The notes under the pieces: generated by a model
Told to the model about the DNA's origin: nothing
Seen by the model: only the letters and a program-made list of their open reading frames with translations
The model's database searches: none
Translations under genes and position numbers: made by a program
Source of the DNA: an archaeon
Lineage (GTDB): Archaea > Asgardarchaeota > Thorarchaeia > Thorarchaeales > Thorarchaeaceae
Length of the DNA: 32,000 bases
Assembly (NCBI GenBank): GCA_024275415.1
Contig: JAJRZD010000017.1
Coordinates: 30,001 to 62,000 of the forward strand
Reading direction: 5' to 3'
In this document: one piece after another, positions 24,901 to 32,000 of the stretch
Layout: every line of letters begins with the position of its first letter
Position numbering within the stretch: the stretch's first letter is position 1

Positions 24901-25248
24901 GGTGTCTATCAGGTTCGCTACTATGTCGATAATAGTCTAGTAGCATCGCTAAATGAGGCATCCGGCAGCATCCAGTGGGACACTACCCAACACGAGAACG
25001 GGGTCTATCAAGTCAGATTCGAGGTTGAGGACAACGCTGGCAATATCCATACTGTTGACATGGAATACACTGTTACCAACCCTGATGCATTTGGTACGAT
25101 TGGGGATTCGTTAAGTAATATCATGTCATCCTATGGGTTCTTCGTTGGTGCAGGGACGATGCTCGGAGTGTTCATTGTAGGGAAGATTATCATGAACCGG
25201 CGGGCCGCAGCATCGGGAGCCAAAGCCACGAGGAAGAAAAAGAAATAA
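21940..25248 (+). CDS. Large cell-surface glycoprotein with repeated CBM-like beta-sandwiches, Ig-like domains and a C-terminal TM anchor
   Basis: Signal-peptide-like N-terminus (the true start may be a downstream Met). Three repeats begin NWDFE / NGNFE / FHDFE. Ig-like modules (ASDLGSGIERVEFFVD) follow, with many N-x-S/T sequons, then a TM helix and RKKKK. Confidence 0.85.
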   Translation: MSIDRRNILPIWKRRMYDLRNKHAISLMLLMLFFGSFFLGSQTNPVPLNENAVSESSNLTKTGFTTAATQAAEDSLNVANKNWDFEIADPNGGPANWSYSSTGYIRSNDTYQDLTHLGSYSGRIKAQGTHTLSVSPSIRQFFSGSDRAYILEQPVLEFYWNALTNPDLSVGGSIYVQVSFTNGSTYTLYYYLSVGTTYYSNTTGRTSFILNESLAQWNFFQRNLLNDFNDRPGWSAAGNLYLSNIYFYLISPQESTAPAELVFDDVAIVNSTAYDYLQNRNGNFEMGNGAYWSDSGNYDPSTVLLTDEHTHGSKALNLTTGSRITNSQSESRLTFNLGYPVGPIPNSPTMLLLDFDWMYDDTYNGGDQGAYVDIYFTNDTYWSYVRFYLGQNMNNSIPSNYTGSGYSYYRLYADGFGSRGEWNHFFLDLFDIATAFNLRDIGVYSIDLVTYSQGFSNASTQLLADSYRIITYGVNFHDFESESDGRLPGYPIPGWSTWTGIASYFNRTPDSHSGNWAVNITPAPGVAGAIYQDSRFQVDSSSLLSFWWRLDEFISSYSTLSYLRLDLNPYSIYYVVAIDSDYTVSNSTSIGWYLLPELNTTGTWVNTVRNISSDFQALFGSAATEMNRIILYTYAEPTGNISVLFDDINIFDVIPPTGIPSVGGTPVYHAPTTIVVNADDNRAGVKEVIVSYNTGAGWQNVTASYAFTYYEASIPVLPWNTTVEYYAIITDYAGNTIVSDNGGSYYSFTVGDDILPDVDLIAPSNATTAFDMIQINASASDLGSGIERVEFFVDSLSIANVTSAPYSINWDSRMVSNGTHTLKVMAYDNQGLVGEDSITIDVQNDVSAPATYALMFNPSQPLYDMPTVVTLTALDVSGVKNVTLFYAVEDATPSFALSQDWVSVPMTAEGPVYSATIPAQEYGKTILYYVVAYDIYDQATFIGTELDPLSVDVGDASNPSLTIGGPASGSTVKGTVNFSILASDLGSGVYQVRYYVDNSLVASLNEASGSIQWDTTQHENGVYQVRFEVEDNAGNIHTVDMEYTVTNPDAFGTIGDSLSNIMSSYGFFVGAGTMLGVFIVGKIIMNRRAAASGAKATRKKKK

Positions 25249-25255
25249 CCCTTTC

Positions 25256-25288
25256 GGGAGGGCTCTCCCTCCCCCTTTCTCTTTTTTT
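25256..25288 (+). terminator. Hairpin plus T-tract downstream of the surface protein gene
   Basis: GGGAGGG-CTCT-CCCTCCC (7-bp stem), then a pyrimidine tract ending in T7. Confidence 0.6.
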
Positions 25289-25329
25289 CCGAAACTCTTT
25301 TCCGAAACGATGTTTGTTATCATCAGACT

Positions 25330-26184
25330 ATGACGAATGAGAACAAGTATGTAGGAGATGGCAAGTCACTTGTAAGCAAGGTGTCAGTATCAGGCGACCT
25401 GAAGGAATCTATCAGGCATGCCGTCAACCTAATTGGTGGATTCGAGAAGTCAATCCAGGAAGGAGATGTCGTCACCATTAAGCCAAACCTGAATACCGCA
25501 GACATCTATCCTGGTTCAAGTGCACCTGATTTCATCAAGGCATTGGGCGAACTCCTTTTGGAACACGGAGCATCCCGACTTCGTATCGTTGATAGTTCGA
25601 CGCTTCGAGTGTCGGCTCGTGATGTCGCTGACAGAATTGGTCTTATGGATGCCCTTGATTCGTTGGATGCAGAACTTGTTTTTCTTGAGGAACACGACTG
25701 GGTGAAGGTCACGTTTCCCAAAGGCAAGTATATGAAAGCGGGTTCGATTGGACGACCTGTTGTGAATCCTGGCAAGCTGGTACTAGCTCCGTGCCTCAAG
25801 ACCCACAGACTAGCCCGTTTCACAGGGGCGATGAAGCTATTTGTCGGCTGGGTCAAAAAGACCGACAGGCTGAAGATGCACATCCGTCACCTTGAGCAGA
25901 AGATTGTGGATTTGGCATCCTATTTCAAGCCATCACTGATTGTGATGGACGCTCGTGAATGCTTTGTTAGCGGCGGGCCGATGAAAGGACAGGTCGAGTG
26001 TACAGAAGTGATTCTAGCCAGCGGCGATATGGTTGCGATTGATGTGATTGGTGTACAGATGTTACAACAGTTTCAGGCCAAGAACCGTCTCGATATGGAT
26101 GTCTGGGAACTCCCCCAGATACGGCATGCAGTCGAATTGGGACTGGGTGCAAGGTCGGATGATGACATCAAGGTGATCATGTAG
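25330..26184 (+). CDS. DUF362 domain-containing protein (284 aa)
   Basis: VTIKPNL, APCLKTH...FTGAMK, LIVMDA and ILASGDMVAIDV are DUF362-type motifs. Confidence 0.85.
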   Translation: MTNENKYVGDGKSLVSKVSVSGDLKESIRHAVNLIGGFEKSIQEGDVVTIKPNLNTADIYPGSSAPDFIKALGELLLEHGASRLRIVDSSTLRVSARDVADRIGLMDALDSLDAELVFLEEHDWVKVTFPKGKYMKAGSIGRPVVNPGKLVLAPCLKTHRLARFTGAMKLFVGWVKKTDRLKMHIRHLEQKIVDLASYFKPSLIVMDARECFVSGGPMKGQVECTEVILASGDMVAIDVIGVQMLQQFQAKNRLDMDVWELPQIRHAVELGLGARSDDDIKVIM

Positions 26185-26187
26185 GAA

Positions 26188-29154
26188 TCAAAGACCATTC
26201 GCATTCTTTGGGAACCACAACTCGAATCGGGCTCCCTGTTCTGGTTTGCCCTCCACCCTGTCGGACACGGATATCATACCACCATATTTTTCGATGATTT
26301 GGTTCGACTGGTGCAGTCCCACGCCACCATATCGTCGGGTCATGTCAAAGAGTTCCTTCTTCCGTTTATCTCCAATTCCAGGCCCGTTATCTGCAACTGA
26401 AACGACGAAAGCATCGTTTCTTTCTTCAAGAACTATCCAGACATGCCTCTCAGGATTCCTGTTGTGCTCGATTGCATTGCTGATGACGTTCGTGAGAAGC
26501 AATTCCAAGAAACCGTCTGCCATGATTTCTGCATCATCGACAGTTAACTCATTGTGGAATTGGACATTCAATGAATAGACCGAAAGGGCGTTCACACAGT
26601 TCTGAAGTGCATTCAAGAGCGAACGCCTTGTTAGTGGCAAGGTCATAAGGTATTCCGTGGCTCGTACCTCTTCGATAAGCCTTGAACATCTTTGGACGGC
26701 ATCTTCAATGATGCCAAAGAACGAAGACCTCACATGCTCATCAGTTGCAGTCCTCAATAGTGTGGCACTGTTCATGATCACTTGTAGCTGTTGGCGAATG
26801 TCATGCCCCATCAGGTCTAGATACAGATTCGCTCGATCCTTCTCAGTACGTATCGCCCTCTCTGCTTTCCAACGCTCAGTGGTGTCTATCCAAACGGTTT
26901 GTATGGCGTCCTCTCCCTGGAACTCGATTTTCTGTGCGTATGACTCCAACCATCTTATGGAACCATCAGGTAGCACGACCCTACATTCGAATGCTGAAGG
27001 CATTGGCTTGCCTGCTACCTTGGCTTGAGCTCTTCTCCTTAATACTTCTCTATCTTCAGTATGAAATATGTCCCATACCTGTTCTGGTTCCAGCCCCATG
27101 AGGTCATCGACAGGTCTTCCGACCATCTCGGCAAAGGCGGAATTCACATAGACAAAACCATGATCCGATATTATAGTCAGTCCCTGCAAACTCTGCTCTG
27201 CCAATGTTCGATATTTCTGCTCTGACTTTCTCAATGCCTCCTCAGATTCTACTCGATCTGTCACATCTTCCTGAGTACAGAGAATGCCGATGACATCGCC
27301 GTTCTCATCGAATAGAGGAACCTTAGTTGTTCGCAACCATGCATCTTTCCCGTCTGCACGGAGTTGATGTTCGATCACATCATAAAGCACAGTCCCCGTT
27401 TCAATGACCTTGCGGTCACTTTCTCTAATCTTCTCAGCTTCTTCTTTTCTCCATGCGAGGTCAAAGTCAGTCTTTCCGACAATTTAGTTGACATTTTGGA
27501 CGCCTGCTGCCTTAGCGTAGTTCTCGTTGCACCCAAGATAGACCAGCGATGTGTCTTTCCAGAAAATGAATTGCGGAATATTATCCATCACGAGCTGGAG
27601 CATCTTTTGTGAGGCTTTTAGCTTCATCTCTGCACTCTTTCGTTCGGTGATGTCAATCACATGGATCTGTGTTGCCGGCTTACCTCCGAATACTATCATG
27701 CCTGCAAAGGCCTCGACCCACCTTACTGTTCCGTCCTTCCTCACGAAACGATACTCGTAAGGACATGGGGTTGGCTTCCCTTCTCTACGCAATGCTGCAA
27801 GCTCCAAGAGATAGGGCTTATCATCAGGGTAGATAAGATTCCAGCCTTCTTCGGATGACATCGCAAGAATCTCTTCCTGTGTATAGCCAACAATCTCAGC
27901 GAAAGCCGGGTTGACATACGCATACTTTCGGTCTTGGATGACCGTGAGACCTTGGAGGGATTCCTCTGCGAGAGTCCTATAGTTTGCCTCCGACTGCCTT
28001 CGCGCCTCTTCCGCTTGTTTAACATCACTGACATCATCAAATGCGACGAGGACGCCTTCCACCTCATCATTTGCTCCGATGATAGGTGCCACTCGATATT
28101 GCAGGTAGACTTGTCTGTTATCACTTGAAGTATAATTAATCTCTCCCTCACGAATCTCCCTTTTCATTATCGCATCTTTGAATACCTGAGGGATGTCCAA
28201 TTTGACAAGTGCAGGAAAAGAGAGGATATTTCGTCCCGTGACAATCTTCTCATACGATGAACCAATGATTTGTTGGGCATACCTGTTTATACCCGTGATA
28301 TCCCCTTCAGTATTCAACGTTATCAACCCGAAGGGGGTCTCATTGAATAGCATCCTGTATCTCATCTCGGAAGATTTGAGTGCTTCCAGCATTTTCTTGT
28401 GCCCTGTCACATCAACAATCACACCAAGTGCCCCTGTGAGGTTACCCTTCGAATCAAAAATTCCTCGTGGTGTCGTGAGTGTGTGAATTATGTTGCCCGC
28501 TTTGGATTTCCATGTGACCTCATAGGTTCGAGAGAAGTCCTTTTGTGGTTCTTTTATCCACGAATCGACCTCAGCAACCTCGTCCTCGTGCATGAATTGC
28601 AGGACTGGGGCTCCAATTAGCTCTTCATCCGAATACCCAAGAATCCTTTTGATGCTGTGATTGGCATATGTTATCTTATACCCGGGATCAACGATGAGCA
28701 GCCCCTCGTCCATCGCCTCGAGAACGGAACGATAAAGATGCTTGCTCCGCTCCAGCGCTTGGATAACTTTTCTTAGCTTCGAGATATCTGTAACGACTGC
28801 ATATGAGCCTCTATGGTTTCCCTCGTCATCTACAAGTGGTGCTCCCGACACAATTGTCTGGATTTTACTACCATCGCTTGCTATCCACTCGACCTCGTAT
28901 TGGGATGAATGCCCCTGCTCCCTTTTCTTGATGTTCTCCAACAGGATAGCACGGTTCTTCTCATCCATGAAGTCAGTGATTGGTCGTCCGATGAGATCAT
29001 CGAGGGTGTACTTCAATAGCTCTGCAAACCTTTTGTTCACATAGACGAATTCCTTTTGGATATTCACGACACCAAAGGCATCATTCATGGAGTCCACTAG
29101 GGCATGGTATCGTAAGATATCATCAGTGTCACCCTTCATGGCAGATTCATCCAA
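26188..29154 (-). pseudogene. Six-PAS cytoplasmic sensor histidine kinase interrupted by an in-frame TAA at 27484-27486
   Basis: The two track ORFs share a frame: ...[38 protein letters not shown]... continues PAS 5 without a break. H-box DLMGHDIRQQL, N-box NVISNAIEH, G-boxes DNGPGI and GGVGL. Confidence 0.85.
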
Positions 29155-29363
29155 TGTTTCACGAGCGTAAATCGATACTATAACTGTTATCTGGATAGAC
29201 CATGAAAGTAGTCACCATTTAACTATACATGTCATTGCATGCAGCCGACGAGTGCCGTTGTATTTCTAACGAAACTTGTAAGTATCCTGCGACCCCCAAT
29301 GTTTTTAGGATTTGACAATTGCATGATAGGTGCTATCATATTGGCAAAAGGGGAACTTGGAAA

Positions 29364-29789
29364 ATGGATGTTGAAGCGGACAAATACGAAGAGATACAGG
29401 TTGGAGATAGAGCTGAAGTGATTCATACTATCACAGAACAGGACATTCAGACATTTGGCGAGTTAAGTGGTGATTTTAATCCTCTACATTTTGATGATGA
29501 ATGGGCGAAGAACACGCTCTTCAAGGGACGCATTGCCCATGGTCTTTTGACTGCCGCCTTTATCAGCACTGCAATAGGGATGCACATTCCAGGGGCTGGA
29601 ACAATTTATCTTGGACAATCATTACGTTTTCATAAGCCGGTCAGAATAAACGACACAATTACCGCGGTTGTCGAGGTCATAGGGAAGGATGACAAAAAAC
29701 GCCACATCCGATTGAAGACGACCTGCACGAATCAGGAAGGGACTACAGTGCTCGATGGAGAGGCCCTTGTTACTGTGATGAAGCATTGA
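29364..29789 (+). CDS. MaoC-family dehydratase / (R)-specific enoyl-CoA hydratase (141 aa)
   Basis: FGELSGDFNPLHFD...IAHGLL...PGAGTIYLGQSLRFHKPV. Confidence 0.92.
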   Translation: MDVEADKYEEIQVGDRAEVIHTITEQDIQTFGELSGDFNPLHFDDEWAKNTLFKGRIAHGLLTAAFISTAIGMHIPGAGTIYLGQSLRFHKPVRINDTITAVVEVIGKDDKKRHIRLKTTCTNQEGTTVLDGEALVTVMKH

Positions 29790-31998
29790 CAATAGGTAGC
29801 TCCACGATGAACTTAGAACCTCTATCGTGAAATCCTTCCACACGGTCCTCTATCCAAGCATGTCCATGATACCGTTCAGCGATGTATCTAACAAGGGTCA
29901 GGCCCATACCCGACCCCAAGGTCTTACCCTTCTCTAGCCGACTGAACAGCTCATCGCGCCGTGTGTACGGGATTCCTGGTCCCTCGTCAACTATCGCAAC
30001 GTTGACGAACCCCGGCCTGGCTCCGGACTCCACCTCAATCTGGATAGCGACTTCGTCTCTTGGGTCATATTTCATTGCGTTATGGATCATGTTGTAGAAC
30101 AGGTCGATAAGGAACTCGTCCGCTTTGACTAACACCTGCCCGGATCCAAATTTCACATCGACACGTGCTTGTTTAAGAGGGAACGCGTGTTGCGTCATCA
30201 TTATCGCGTTTTCCAAGACACCATGAAGGTCAATCGTAACAAGATTGGGCTCCTTGTCCATATCAATGATGGATAGCTTTCTCACATTTTCGATAAGCTG
30301 AAGCCCTCTGGTCACCTGCTCCCGTATCGCTTGTGCGTGGAGTCTGCTTGAATCCGAAAGCCCAATATCCATCAATAGGAGTTCAGCTCCAATCAAAATG
30401 CCCTGATGTACGTTATTCAGGTCGTGTGCAAGAAGATCCGCATAGAACTCCGCCCGAGCCTGCTCCTCTTCCAGTTTTCTCCGAGTCCGGTTTAATTCGG
30501 TGACATCGCGGACTGTGGTCAACCTGACAACGTCATCCTCATAGTCCACATAATCAATGTTCAGCAGGACATCGAGAAGCGCTCCATCTTTCCTCTTAAA
30601 GTGAACAAGCAGATCCCGTACAAACCCGTTGCTATGAAGCTCTTCTGTGACACGGTTTCTTTCCGTGCTTGTTGTATAGATATCATATGCTGACATCCAT
30701 TCAAGCTCGTCTGCAGAAAAACCAAGCAACTCCTGAAAAGACAAGTTCGTGTCTAGGATGTCCCCTGTTTCGGTCGTGACTCCAATGGCAACAGGGGCTG
30801 TTTCAAAGAGAACCTGATACCGTCTTTTTTCTAGTCTGAGGGCATCAAGGATCCTTTCATTCTCAGTGATGTCTTCTCCTGAACTAAGTGCTCCAATTAT
30901 CTTTCCATCCTCGTTTCGAAGCAGGGTATTGCTCCATGATATGGTGCGAATCTCACCAGTTCTAGTTCTGATGTTATTTATCCGTTCAGCAGGGAGCTCT
31001 CTGGAACCGAGCATAAGTTGCCGGTATTCGTCCCATGCAGCCTGATAGCCGCCATTTGGGACTGCCAATTCGAACCAGTTCTTACCAATCAGGTCTTTTT
31101 CTGGATAGCCAAGAATCTGACATACTTTCTGGTTAAGCAACATGATGTCGCCATTCACATCCAATGCCACTACCATAACACCGACCAGATCCAAATACAT
31201 CTGCGACCGCTCGTGCTCCTTCTTTAAGGCACGTTCATTCTCTTTTCTCGCGGTCACATTCCTGATTATTGCCTGAAAATACAGTGGTGTGCCATTCTGT
31301 TCTCTCAGGAGGGAAAGTTTGACCTCTCCGTAGAATCTCTCTTGATTCATTTTCAGGAACTCGTGCTCACATGGGGGCAAATCTTTGCCACTCTGAATCT
31401 GCTTCAAATGCATTTCCACTTTCCTAGATTCATCACTCCAAAGCAGTTGTGCAAAGGGACTTCCTTCTAATCCCCCTTGCGAAAACCCGAACATTTCTTT
31501 TGCACGTTGGTTTGACTCCAAGATGTCCCTGTCTAGCGATAATATCAATACAGCGTCATTGTTTTGTTCAAAAAGAGCCCTGTATTTATACTCCCGTTCC
31601 AAGGCATCTCGTTCTTTCTGTTTCATTTCTGTCACATCTCTGACGAGGGACTGATACCCAACGGGCCTGTTGTCCTCGTCGTATAGGATCGTATTGGTGG
31701 TGTGGAACACAAACTCGGAACCATCTTTCCTCAGCCCGATAGCCTCCATCCCGTTCGGGTTATCTTCAAGAGAACTCAGTCGTTGTCTGAATAGATTCGC
31801 TACCCGATCTCGTTCGCTGTGAGCCAGCAACTCGGTGAAGTGCATTCCTAGTAGCTCGTCTGTTTCATACCCGAACAATGATGTTCCCTTGGCGCCCGTC
31901 AACGTGATGAAGCCATGCATGTCGGTTTGAAAAATGGCGTCTGACAGGTTCTCATACAGATAACGAAATGATGTACTGGTCGCTTCTGGTTCAATGGC
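29770..31998 (-). CDS. Multi-PAS (at least 4) sensor histidine kinase (5' partial)
   Basis: The frame stays open to the window end (AIEPEATSTSFRYLYENLSDAIFQTDMHGF...). H-box DLLAHDLNN, N-box NMIHNAMKY, G-boxes DEGPGI and GSGMGL. Confidence 0.92.
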   Translation of the reverse strand, partial: AIEPEATSTSFRYLYENLSDAIFQTDMHGFITLTGAKGTSLFGYETDELLGMHFTELLAHSERDRVANLFRQRLSSLEDNPNGMEAIGLRKDGSEFVFHTTNTILYDEDNRPVGYQSLVRDVTEMKQKERDALEREYKYRALFEQNNDAVLILSLDRDILESNQRAKEMFGFSQGGLEGSPFAQLLWSDESRKVEMHLKQIQSGKDLPPCEHEFLKMNQERFYGEVKLSLLREQNGTPLYFQAIIRNVTARKENERALKKEHERSQMYLDLVGVMVVALDVNGDIMLLNQKVCQILGYPEKDLIGKNWFELAVPNGGYQAAWDEYRQLMLGSRELPAERINNIRTRTGEIRTISWSNTLLRNEDGKIIGALSSGEDITENERILDALRLEKRRYQVLFETAPVAIGVTTETGDILDTNLSFQELLGFSADELEWMSAYDIYTTSTERNRVTEELHSNGFVRDLLVHFKRKDGALLDVLLNIDYVDYEDDVVRLTTVRDVTELNRTRRKLEEEQARAEFYADLLAHDLNNVHQGILIGAELLLMDIGLSDSSRLHAQAIREQVTRGLQLIENVRKLSIIDMDKEPNLVTIDLHGVLENAIMMTQHAFPLKQARVDVKFGSGQVLVKADEFLIDLFYNMIHNAMKYDPRDEVAIQIEVESGARPGFVNVAIVDEGPGIPYTRRDELFSRLEKGKTLGSGMGLTLVRYIAERYHGHAWIEDRVEGFHDRGSKFIVELPIVNASSQ

Positions 31999-32000
31999 AG

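Noticed and set aside
27484-27486. Selenocysteine or pyrrolysine readthrough in the kinase
   Set aside because: The codon is TAA, not TGA or TAG.
1-32000. CRISPR array, rRNA, IS transposase
   Set aside because: No regularly spaced 25-45 nt direct repeats, rRNA-like segments or DDE/HUH transposase motifs were seen by eye.

Overview
Archaeal DNA. Supporting signs are TATA-like boxes about 26-30 nt before leaderless starts, GGAGG/GAGGTG Shine-Dalgarno (SD) motifs and ATGA-coupled genes. The host gene set and style suggest an Asgard archaeon such as Thorarchaeia; this is an inference I have not verified. Positions <1 to about 19.2 kb look like the right part of an integrated temperate virus or virus-like element. 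It has (1) a + strand morphogenesis-like operon: a very large membrane-anchored spike/adhesin that runs off the window start, three membrane proteins, one soluble protein, and an ATPase-HTH-PD-(D/E)XK nuclease fusion; (2) an AT-richer cargo block: a Panacea/SocA-like protein, a 3-TM protein and a divergent TGT-fold protein, then three leftward genes; (3) a divergent regulator switch; (4) an early-type operon: a ParB-like multidomain protein, a wHTH protein with a probable +1 frameshift, a MazG-like enzyme and nine small coupled ORFs; (5) a tyrosine integrase with a C-terminal Zn ribbon. From about 19.7 kb the genes look chromosomal: a deleted and frameshifted ABC-transporter remnant, an EamA transporter, a large cell-surface glycoprotein, DUF362, a 6-PAS histidine kinase broken by an in-frame TAA, a MaoC dehydratase and a second multi-PAS kinase cut by the window end. 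I found no tRNA, rRNA, CRISPR array or att repeat. All family calls come from motif recognition by eye; no searches were run.
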